Below, one piece after another: positions 1 through 7,915 of a stretch of DNA of 64,000 bases (within the stretch, counting starts at the first letter, position 1; every line of letters begins with the position of its first letter). Below the pieces are notes generated by a model. That model saw only the letters and a program-made list of their open reading frames with translations. It was not told the origin of the DNA and did no database searches. Source of the DNA: Clostridiales bacterium (lineage in GTDB: Bacteria > Bacillota > Clostridia > Christensenellales > Pumilibacteraceae); assembly GCA_022508485.1 (NCBI GenBank), contig JAFLVD010000002.1, forward strand, positions 18,226 to 82,225. The letters are read 5' to 3'. The position numbers were made by a program, and so were the translations under genes.

Positions 1-1288
1 AAGCATTTCCGCCAATAATTTCGCGTATATCTGAATCCTTTAAAGGTCCTACATCTACGGAACAATCGCTTAATTTAGGCATACCACCTTCAAAAAAACG
101 CAATACCTTTTCAGCATCAATTGTTCTACATACAAATATTAATTTGACATTTCCATAGTATATTGCTTCTTTAACTAATTCGCAGCACACTGCAAAAGCA
201 GAAGTTGAATTAGTAACACTCCAACGAATTGCGTCCAACTGATCAATAATTAAATACCCGATACGTTTATTAGCAATCTTTGAAAGCGTTAATATAGGAG
301 AAGCGCTTAAACCAAGTTGTTTCCCAAATTCATGAGCACTCCCATTAGGCATACGAGCATCCAGACTTACAGGCAAATACAATTCGTTTTTCTCATCAAA
401 ATATTCACATAATTGATATACAAGCCCGCTCTTTCCTGCACCGGCTTTGCCATGTATTATGACTACATTCTCATTATCAATTTTCTTTATCAGCTCAGTA
501 AATTCGTTACGTTTATAGCTTTTTTTATTGATTAATTTTCGACTTATATTTATTTTATACTCGCTACATAAGTCATGCATCTGTCTTGTTGCATTGGGTT
601 CATCAATAACATATTTCTTTACACCGTTATCGGACAAATATTTCCATAATTCATCCGCATATATTTCTTGTGATAATTTATTATTTCTTATTGCATAGTG
701 TCTCAGTAATTGAAAAGCCTTATATCCCCCATCAACGGCTTTTATATTATTCTGAAAGTCAATAATAAACTTTTCCAAATCGTCATCAATCATTTTCAAG
801 AAGAATTTCTTATAAAAATGAATGATGTCATCACCATTAAAATATTTTGTAATCTCATTCTCAAGCTTGATGAAATCTTGGGAATTGTCTTTAGTTATAA
901 ATTCCTTTCTAAAATCTACATAACTATTAAATGCAAGAGCGTGACGACACAAGTCTCTTAGAAAAATAAAAGATAATGGCGATACCAAAACATAATTTCT
1001 TCCTTGCGAAATATGATAACAAGCGTTTTTTATAATACCAATACTAATTAGTGTGTCTACACTCCACGAATCGTCATTACCGTGACGAGACTTAACTTGT
1101 ACAACTGTTAATTGATTATCATCGTCACGCAAATATATATCGCCACCTGATTCTAGTGTGCGATTGAAGGATTCAGACATCACGGACAAATATTTGCCAT
1201 CTAACATTTGTCCGTAATAGTGTATTAAAACATTATCTTCATAAAAATTAGAGTTTTTTTCGGCCTCACCGCCGGGTCTATGTGACAT
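1..1288 (-). CDS. Partial CDS (C-terminus lies outside the window). N-terminal Cap4/DUF4297-like PD-(D/E)xK nuclease region fused to a NACHT/STAND-like P-loop NTPase (Avs/NLR-like defence protein).
   Basis: Absent from the ORF track because it runs off the left edge. Hand translation from ATG 1288 (AAGGA SD upstream) gives MSHRPGGEAEKNSNFYEDNV...GGDIYLRDDDNQLTVVQVKSRHG. Walker A IIHGKAGAGKSGL is at 428-451 (about residue 280), followed by a Walker-B-like YLIIDQLDAIRW. The frame stays open to nt 1. Confidence 0.6.
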   Translation of the reverse strand, partial: MSHRPGGEAEKNSNFYEDNVLIHYYGQMLDGKYLSVMSESFNRTLESGGDIYLRDDDNQLTVVQVKSRHGNDDSWSVDTLISIGIIKNACYHISQGRNYVLVSPLSFIFLRDLCRHALAFNSYVDFRKEFITKDNSQDFIKLENEITKYFNGDDIIHFYKKFFLKMIDDDLEKFIIDFQNNIKAVDGGYKAFQLLRHYAIRNNKLSQEIYADELWKYLSDNGVKKYVIDEPNATRQMHDLCSEYKINISRKLINKKSYKRNEFTELIKKIDNENVVIIHGKAGAGKSGLVYQLCEYFDEKNELYLPVSLDARMPNGSAHEFGKQLGLSASPILTLSKIANKRIGYLIIDQLDAIRWSVTNSTSAFAVCCELVKEAIYYGNVKLIFVCRTIDAEKVLRFFEGGMPKLSDCSVDVGPLKDSDIREIIGGNA

Positions 1289-1496
1289 ATTATAATTCCT
1301 TTTCGTTTGTTAAAACAATTAAACAAAAATCTTGCTCATCGTGAAGTTTTACGGATGTCTACGATCGTATTTTACGATTATCAGAAAGTATAGAATAATT
1401 TATATTAATTATAACATAATTCTATATTTTTTCAAAGCTGTTTAAATATAAATAAAGAGTTTTAAACTGCGCTTATATGGCTTCATCTTAAAGTTT

Positions 1497-3023
1497 TTAT
1501 ATAACCACACCGGGTATTCCCAATATTTTTATTTTTTCCTCATGTAATAACCTAATTCTTTTAAGGCTATTCCTGACAATATTGATTATAGACTTATAGT
1601 AATTGGATTCTTCAACTGTTCTGTGAACTTTAAACATATTTAGAATAGCTTCCAATATAAACATCAAACATATATCTGCACCAAAAATAACTCCGTTTGT
1701 TTCGCCCCATGCACCACTATTGGCATACCACATATATCCATTTGCATGAGAGAGCATTTGACTCTCCATGTAATTCAAAAGCATATTTCTATCCCATGAA
1801 ACTTCAGCATTAGGATCGACAAACTTTTTTATAAAATCTCTCACAAGGCTTGTAAAATTATTTACCTTCCCCTTCTCATCTATTGTATAACCACATGTCG
1901 ATATAAATGTTTGTTCAAATGCTGTTTGTTCTATACCATTCGGATAAAGCGCTTTATATAATCCGTAAGCATTATCTATTGAGTATTTTTCCCCTATGTT
2001 GCGACTTAATTGAATTCGCTCATGCTCTTCTAACAATTTAAAACGCTCTTCATGTGGGAAATAAGTGATATAACATTTGTAAAAACATGAAAACATATCT
2101 AACACTATTTTCCATTTTGACTTAACTTGTTCGCATAATCCAAGGAGTTTATCAGAACAAACTTCACTCATAAGAAGATTTATAGACATTAGAGTATCTG
2201 ACACATAGTTCTTATTGAAATATTTCTCGAAAACTTTGCTTATATCAATTAAAATTTTGCATTCTTGTCTTACTATATCTTCATATGCGCGAGCAATTTC
2301 TGATGAATATATAGTTGCACTAAAACTATTAAAAGTCAATTCAGCCACAGGTAGTGAATTATACTCTTCTATCATAAGAAGTAACATATTGGGTATTGTT
2401 CCCCATATGCCTTCATTCATATAAAAATCATTTACAGAAGGATGTATTGCTTGGCTATAAATACCATATAATTGTGCATAGTCCTCTCCCAAGTTTTCTC
2501 CAATTAATTTCCTATAATTTGCACTAGGGTCACAAAGGAAAGGCTTATTCGTTTTCAATATTGCGGCTATTTGTTTTTCACTATATGTTTCTGATAATTC
2601 TTCTTGGAAAAACTTTACTGCATCATCTTTGTCTTTTTCTAATTTTTCTGGAATCAATATTTTATCGGCAATATCGTCAAATTCTTTGTAATAATTATAT
2701 TCAATTATAAAGACCTGCTTATGTAATAATTTAACTTGTATATCACTTATTTTTCCTTTTTCATACATGCGTTTTAAGGCCAATCCCTCAAGAAAGCAAC
2801 GCGCAGTAAGCAACATACCAGGACTGCCTATATGCGACAAAAGGATATCTTTGATAAAGCATTGTGCCTGAGATGTTAAATAGAAATCTATCACATCGAT
2901 AAACGACTCAGAACCAAATTGCGCTTCATCCTCTGATCGTTTCATAAGGGCATGATTATAAGTAAACAATCTGCCCCAAAGCGAATTAAGTTGATTTAAA
3001 AATTCTTTTTCTTGAAAGTCCAT
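1497..3023 (-). CDS. Hypothetical 508-aa protein, third gene of the SIR2-HerA operon. I recognise no motif in it.
   Basis: The ORF-track start at 3047 is TTG. The first ATG is at 3023, 8 nt after the HerA stop (TAG 3032-3034). Same strand and same AT-rich composition as SIR2 and HerA. Confidence 0.7.
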   Translation of the reverse strand: MDFQEKEFLNQLNSLWGRLFTYNHALMKRSEDEAQFGSESFIDVIDFYLTSQAQCFIKDILLSHIGSPGMLLTARCFLEGLALKRMYEKGKISDIQVKLLHKQVFIIEYNYYKEFDDIADKILIPEKLEKDKDDAVKFFQEELSETYSEKQIAAILKTNKPFLCDPSANYRKLIGENLGEDYAQLYGIYSQAIHPSVNDFYMNEGIWGTIPNMLLLMIEEYNSLPVAELTFNSFSATIYSSEIARAYEDIVRQECKILIDISKVFEKYFNKNYVSDTLMSINLLMSEVCSDKLLGLCEQVKSKWKIVLDMFSCFYKCYITYFPHEERFKLLEEHERIQLSRNIGEKYSIDNAYGLYKALYPNGIEQTAFEQTFISTCGYTIDEKGKVNNFTSLVRDFIKKFVDPNAEVSWDRNMLLNYMESQMLSHANGYMWYANSGAWGETNGVIFGADICLMFILEAILNMFKVHRTVEESNYYKSIINIVRNSLKRIRLLHEEKIKILGIPGVVI

Positions 3024-3031
3024 TTGAGTAG

Positions 3032-4804
3032 CTATTTCAATCCCCAAATATCGATTAAATTCACATTATCACTATTCGGTGCAACTGTTTTATCTAAACA
3101 ATCAATTTTTGCCAGTAAAGGAAAATTAGCAGCAATACCAGAAAACAAACAACCTCCAGCAGGCAAAATTGGAATCATGTTATTAGAAACTGAATCAGAG
3201 AAAGCAACCGATTTATAAATACGCTTTAAATCTTCAGTATTTACTAGGCGGTGAACAAAAAAGTTATGCAACTGTGATATTATTGTTTCTGAAATATCAG
3301 ACGGTCTTTGGCTAGCAATTGTCAAAAATACACCAAATTTTCTTCCCTCTTTAATAATTTCTTCAAAAGTTTCTAATCGTGTGCTCTTCCACTCCTCACT
3401 CTCGCGCGCAGAACCATAAGATAAAATATTATGTGCCTCCTCAATTATTAAATGGAGAGACGATTGCAATCGATCATTTCCACGATGTTTTTTGTGTTTT
3501 TCGTATTTGTCCTTACAAATTATATAAGTCGCTAACTTCTTCATTTCTGCATTTAAATTAAACAAAGATATTACAACAACATGTTCATTCGGACAATTAT
3601 CACTCCTAAATTCAAATATTTTTCCCAGCTCACATATTATTTTATCCATACGATTAAATAATTGAATAATATATTGAGCTGAAATCTTCCCTTTTATTAA
3701 CTCTTTACAATACGTATAGTAAACAATTAAAGAAAAAATTTGTAAATCATTCAGATGCCTTAACGAAACAACGCTATTTTCCATGTTATCAAACAATTCG
3801 ATATACGTCGTAATATAATCCAACTCCCCACGAGTATTGCTTACAAGTTTTTTATATTCAATACTTATATTGTCATCAAAGGATATAATCTCATCTTCAA
3901 ATCCTAGACTTGTAAAAATATGAATTATGAATGCCCTAATTTCCCCATAATTTTTTGAGCTTTCCAAAACTAAATCGCTTAATTTTTGAGTCGTAAAATA
4001 ATCATTGGACTGTTTACATTCTTTATAATTTTTAATACATTCGTTGATAAACGGTTTTTGTGTTTTTTCAGAAGCTTGTAGTACTACCGACCAAAATTCA
4101 ATATCTGTTAAATATCTCTCATCTAATGGATATTTTTCATTTGTGGCAGAGTTTAATTCATAATAATGTCCATTAGGAAATGTTTTTCTATATTCTCCGT
4201 TTAAGTCAAAGAAAACAAACGACGAATTATTTTTAAATTGTTGATTATTCGAATATACTTCAAATAGTTCAGTATATATCTTTGCCAAAGTATTTGACTT
4301 ACCACTTCCGGTATTCCCAAATATTCCGATATGACTGCATATCAATTCTTGTAAATCCAATTTAAACGGATAATTATCATATTCAATTAAAGTACCTAAA
4401 TTTAATGTAAACTTCGAATGATGATCCAATATTTTTTTTTGTAATACCTCATCAATAATGTATACAAAATTACCAATTAACGGAAGTTCAATAACACCGA
4501 ATACAAATTGTTCGTTTTCTAAATGTCCCAAAATCGACACATCCAACGTTCTTGCTATGCCACGCCCTTTTTCCGCATAGCCACTCTCTAAAGGCGTAGC
4601 AGTTATAAACTCCCCATCTACTTTCCCTATTATATTCAAAAACCCTTTTCTAATAATGATAAAACTACCTATGCCTACATTTTTAATAGGCATGCCATCA
4701 TAATTTAAATATTCAACATTTTTCTCGCTATAAATACCAACTTTGATCTTATGTCCATATACTTCTCGCACTTCACCAATTTTCAATAATTCATTCAATA
4801 TCAT
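3032..4804 (-). CDS. herA: HerA-like (FtsK/HerA clade) P-loop ATPase, partner of SIR2.
   Basis: Walker A IGIFGNTGSGKSNTL; Walker B LHLIIEEAHN; GRKFGVFLTIASQRPSDISETIISQLHNFFVHRL. ATG 4804 follows an AAGGAG SD and overlaps the SIR2 3' end by 14 nt. Confidence 0.85.
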   Translation of the reverse strand: MILNELLKIGEVREVYGHKIKVGIYSEKNVEYLNYDGMPIKNVGIGSFIIIRKGFLNIIGKVDGEFITATPLESGYAEKGRGIARTLDVSILGHLENEQFVFGVIELPLIGNFVYIIDEVLQKKILDHHSKFTLNLGTLIEYDNYPFKLDLQELICSHIGIFGNTGSGKSNTLAKIYTELFEVYSNNQQFKNNSSFVFFDLNGEYRKTFPNGHYYELNSATNEKYPLDERYLTDIEFWSVVLQASEKTQKPFINECIKNYKECKQSNDYFTTQKLSDLVLESSKNYGEIRAFIIHIFTSLGFEDEIISFDDNISIEYKKLVSNTRGELDYITTYIELFDNMENSVVSLRHLNDLQIFSLIVYYTYCKELIKGKISAQYIIQLFNRMDKIICELGKIFEFRSDNCPNEHVVVISLFNLNAEMKKLATYIICKDKYEKHKKHRGNDRLQSSLHLIIEEAHNILSYGSARESEEWKSTRLETFEEIIKEGRKFGVFLTIASQRPSDISETIISQLHNFFVHRLVNTEDLKRIYKSVAFSDSVSNNMIPILPAGGCLFSGIAANFPLLAKIDCLDKTVAPNSDNVNLIDIWGLK

Positions 4805-5789
4805 TATCAATCTCCTTAAAAAACTGCGATACTTTTTCAATATTGCATTCGCTATTATTACGCAAAACAACTACATTGTGATATCTATTAAATTTCTCTT
4901 TATATGAATCTTCATCCCATTTTCTAAAGGCAAATATAACTACAGTTAAAGTAGGATTAAGTAAAGCTCTTTCTACTATTGTTCTTATATGTTCATCGTT
5001 AAACGAAAAACCATATACGAGTAATAAAGAATTCCTTTGCTCAAGTTCATTCCCAAATATTCTTAATTGATCATAATAGTTCGCATTTAAAACTGTTGTG
5101 TTAAATTTTTCTTTATTGGGATTAATAATCAAAAACTCTTTTTCATAAACTTGCATAAACTCATCATCATTTTCCAAACATTCTTTAACTCTCTCAATCT
5201 TTTTTAAACAATTTTCATAAGTTATGCCTACGTCCGTTTGCGTCCAATTCAAAGATCCATGTAATTTTAATAAATTTGCGGTGACTATTTCTGTTGATTT
5301 ATGCGCTAAAGCGCTTGTCTTTTTTATAACTCTTCCAAAATTAGTCGTAGAATACAATGGATTAAGGCGTCCAGAAAACCCATCTGAATATTCTATTCTG
5401 TTACACTCCAATGATTGTTCTATAAGCACATCATAATTAGTGGTAAAAATGTTAAACATTTTATGCAAAACCGAACTATGCCGTTTGTCTAATATATTTT
5501 TAATTGAATTTAAAAAATAATCTCGATATTTTTTATTAGCGTCTAACTTTTCTTGATAAAGAATCGGTAAAATGCTATTATTAAAAAATTCTTTTTCCAA
5601 TATAATCTTTTGTCTTATATCACCATTATCAATAGCTCTTGTTAATCGTTCTTCAAAATCATCTAAAACTTTTAAAAACGGCATACTAAATCCAGCACCC
5701 AACAATAAACTTATATTGTTAGATGAAAGACATTTTATCAAATATGATTTCACAACTTGCCGTTGCTCTTCTATATTATAAATTCTCAT
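4791..5789 (-). CDS. SIR2-family (SIR2_2-type) NADase-like protein.
   Basis: LLLGAGFSMP (GAGxS), IFTTNYDVLIE (TTNYD) and LLKLHGSLNW motifs. ATG 5789 follows an AAGGAG SD. The upstream part of the track ORF overlaps the XRE gene. Confidence 0.85.
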   Translation of the reverse strand: MRIYNIEEQRQVVKSYLIKCLSSNNISLLLGAGFSMPFLKVLDDFEERLTRAIDNGDIRQKIILEKEFFNNSILPILYQEKLDANKKYRDYFLNSIKNILDKRHSSVLHKMFNIFTTNYDVLIEQSLECNRIEYSDGFSGRLNPLYSTTNFGRVIKKTSALAHKSTEIVTANLLKLHGSLNWTQTDVGITYENCLKKIERVKECLENDDEFMQVYEKEFLIINPNKEKFNTTVLNANYYDQLRIFGNELEQRNSLLLVYGFSFNDEHIRTIVERALLNPTLTVVIFAFRKWDEDSYKEKFNRYHNVVVLRNNSECNIEKVSQFFKEIDNDIE

Positions 5790-5817
5790 CAAAAATCTCC
5801 TTAAAAACAAATAAGTG

Positions 5818-6060
5818 TTAATCAATCTCCAAGTCGGGATTCTCAAAAATTGGATCATCAAAGAATTGAGCAGCTGTCATACCAAGTCCACGGACAATCT
5901 GCATAACCGTTTTAAGATTTACACTCTTGTTCCTTTCGCCCATTAATGTTTTCATTGTGTTATGCGGCATAGCTATATCTCGCTCAAGTCGATACTGCGA
6001 CATACCCTTTTCACCCAATATGTTGCTTATTCTTAACGCTACTGCTGTACTTAATTTCAT
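5818..6060 (-). CDS. XRE-family helix-turn-helix transcriptional regulator (80 aa).
   Basis: LGEKGMSQYRLERDIAMPHNTMKTLMGERNKSVNLKTVMQIVRGLGMT is a typical Cro/C1 HTH. ATG 6060 has a GAGG SD. It lies 28 nt upstream of SIR2 on the same strand. Confidence 0.85.
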   Translation of the reverse strand: MKLSTAVALRISNILGEKGMSQYRLERDIAMPHNTMKTLMGERNKSVNLKTVMQIVRGLGMTAAQFFDDPIFENPDLEID

Positions 6061-6070
6061 ACTTGCCTCT

Positions 6071-6191
6071 ATGGTTGTAATTACAACTCCATTGTATCAA
6101 AAAAAATTTTTACTGTAAGGACATAATTACAACCATAAATGATTGTATTTATCATTCATTACTGCTATAATATGGTTGTAATTGCAACCAT
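6071..6191. promoter_or_regulatory. Divergent control region with three copies of an ATGGTTGTAA/TTACAACCAT operator-like palindrome, plus a candidate plus-strand promoter.
   Basis: Site 1 is 6071-6088 (core GTTGTAATTACAAC is a perfect 14-bp palindrome). Site 2 is a half-site, TTACAACCAT, at 6127-6136. Site 3 is 6172-6191, ATGGTTGTAATTGCAACCAT (19/20 palindromic). Candidate promoter: -35 TTGTAT at 6143-6148, 17-nt spacer, -10 TATAAT at 6166-6171, abutting site 3. Confidence 0.5.
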
Positions 6192-6204
6192 AGAGAGAGT
6201 AGTA

Positions 6205-6636
6205 ATGAAAATATGCTGTGCGTCAGGTAATCGTCCACACAAGTTTCCATGGGAGTACGGCGAAGAAAAAGAACATGAAAAATGCCTCGCAGATTTAGCA
6301 AGACAGATTGAAGAACTAATAAGATACGGCCATACATATTTCATATCAGGTGGCGCGCTCGACGTAGATCAGGACTTCGCGGAAACTGTACTTCGTGCAA
6401 AGAAAATACGCACAAATATCAAGCTTAAAATTGCAGTTTCTTGCAAAAAACAAGATGAACGTTGGAGTGAATCCGACAAGTCCCGGTATATAACCATTAT
6501 TGATAAAGCTGACAAAGTAACTTTCCTATCTGAGCATTACACACGATACTGTATGCAAAAACGCAACGAATACATGGTAGATAAATCAAATCTCAATCTA
6601 GTTTATTGGAACGGCGAAGAAAAAGGCAGTACATGA
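6205..6636 (+). CDS. DUF1273 / YpsA-like SLOG-superfamily protein (143 aa).
   Basis: From ATG 6205: MKICCASGNRPHKFPW...YFISGGALDVDQDFAETVL...IAVSCKKQDERW. This parallels the B. subtilis YpsA layout (GYKP...ISGQLGVE...). The track start at 6139 lies upstream of the predicted promoter. Confidence 0.65.
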   Translation: MKICCASGNRPHKFPWEYGEEKEHEKCLADLARQIEELIRYGHTYFISGGALDVDQDFAETVLRAKKIRTNIKLKIAVSCKKQDERWSESDKSRYITIIDKADKVTFLSEHYTRYCMQKRNEYMVDKSNLNLVYWNGEEKGST

Positions 6637-6801
6637 TATACGATGAAGTACGCAAATAGAAAACAAAAATTTTTGATAATTAAATCACATAGCAAATTAT
6701 AAAAAAAGCAAAATTATTTAGAGTTGCAATAAACTTTTCCTACAATTGAATAATACCCTTTCCTCTTCTAAAACACAAATTTGTCTATTCTTAATTTACA
6801 T

Positions 6802-6842
6802 AATCGTGATTTGTAAATCGTGATTTGCTAAATTACGATTTG
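6802..6842 (+). repeat. Three tandem iteron-like direct repeats (period 14-15 nt).
   Basis: AATCGTGATTTG at 6802-6813, AATCGTGATTTG at 6816-6827 and AATTACGATTTG at 6831-6842, all in non-coding DNA. Confidence 0.7.
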
Positions 6843-6866
6843 CAAAAATATGTTCAACTGCTGAGT

Positions 6867-6897
6867 GACTAATCTCGATTCAGATTCGAGATTAGTC
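6867..6897. repeat. Perfect 12-bp inverted repeat (hairpin) with a 7-nt loop.
   Basis: GACTAATCTCGA-ttcagat-TCGAGATTAGTC. An extremely AT-rich stretch follows (6915-6970). Confidence 0.75.
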
Positions 6898-7369
6898 GCA
6901 GTGAGTTAGAATTTACTCGCCCATATTTAATTATAATGATATATGTATTTTAAATATAAATATATATCGTTTTTTACGCGTAAAAGGACTGGAAGTCCGT
7001 CATTAAAACACAAACTCCCCAATCAGTAAGTAATCGGGGAGATTGTGGGGCGTGGGGATTTGAGGGTCTGTCAAAAAGCGCAAGATATAGTATCTAATAT
7101 ATCATCTATATACAATATTTTGTATTTTTCGCTTTTACCCTCTTCCTCTGACTCCGTCACTTCGAAAGGTTGAAGAGTTTCGCCTGCTGCTAACACTATA
7201 TCTGCCGCGAATCAGAATTTTCTACTAAAACATATAGTATTTAGTTTTTGGGGAATAAATTTGGCAGTAAATTTGGGAGAGACTCCACAATTTTCTCTCA
7301 ACTCACCCTGAAACCAAAATTATATGCAACCGTTTTCATTAACAAAAGCTTCCATAGTCAGTAATATTG

Positions 7370-7915
7370 CTATATGTTATCTCCGTTTGCTACCATAATC
7401 ATTCCGACATTCACCTCTACTGATTTACTATCGTTTTGGTTAAACCAATCTTCTATGCAATCTTTATACCGGTCGGTTAAGCAAATTATACGCTGATTTG
7501 CCGAACCGAGAATGCGCCTTTTACTCTCCGCTTTGTCGGCAATATATGCGCCGTCCAGCACGACGTCGCAGCCGCGCAAAATATCTTTGACTTCGTCGTA
7601 AAGCCTGCCTGTAAAAGATATTACGCCCAGTCCGAGATTATGGATTGCTTCGGTGAGATGAGGTAAGTTTTGCTGTAGAGTAGGCTCTCCACCCGAATAT
7701 GTCACACCATCTATCCCGAACTCGTCTTTTGCTTCGGCGATGATTTTAACAAGCTCATCAAGAGTTAAAAGATTTTTCGGCACAAGCGGTTGATAGTCTG
7801 GATTACAACATCCTTTGCAATGAATATTGCAGCCCTGAAACCAAATGCACAACCTCTTGTACGGGCCTTCTACTTCGGTACACCGATTGATGCTTGCAAT
7901 ATTAAACTTAATCAT
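7370..7915 (-). CDS. NrdG / activating-enzyme-like radical-SAM protein (181 aa), last gene of the eight-gene operon.
   Basis: EVEGPYKRLCIWFQGCNIHCKGCCNP (CxxxCxxC cluster) and GVTYSGGEPTLQ (GGEP SAM motif). ATG 7915 overlaps the stop of the upstream ATPase gene by 8 nt. The track start at 7927 is TTG. Confidence 0.8.
   Translation of the reverse strand: MIKFNIASINRCTEVEGPYKRLCIWFQGCNIHCKGCCNPDYQPLVPKNLLTLDELVKIIAEAKDEFGIDGVTYSGGEPTLQQNLPHLTEAIHNLGLGVISFTGRLYDEVKDILRGCDVVLDGAYIADKAESKRRILGSANQRIICLTDRYKDCIEDWFNQNDSKSVEVNVGMIMVANGDNI

Noticed and set aside
710-961. 83-aa plus-strand ORF from the track.
   Set aside because: It lies entirely antisense inside the long minus-strand nuclease-NTPase gene. 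It is AT-rich and low-complexity (I/K/L/F-rich), with no SD.
6802-6842. Whether the short direct repeats here, or the 27-nt repeats at 36261-36395, could be a CRISPR array.
   Set aside because: The 12-nt repeats are far too short and have only 2-3 nt between copies. The 27-nt repeats are contiguous with no spacers and are in-frame coding sequence. No cas genes are present in the window.
7370-7915. Calling the radical-SAM gene simply the housekeeping nrdG.
   Set aside because: No nrdD is adjacent. Its ATG overlaps the ClpB-like gene by 8 nt at the end of an eight-gene operon. nrdR elsewhere in the window (40988-41434) is not linked to it. I cannot fully exclude the housekeeping role without the whole genome.
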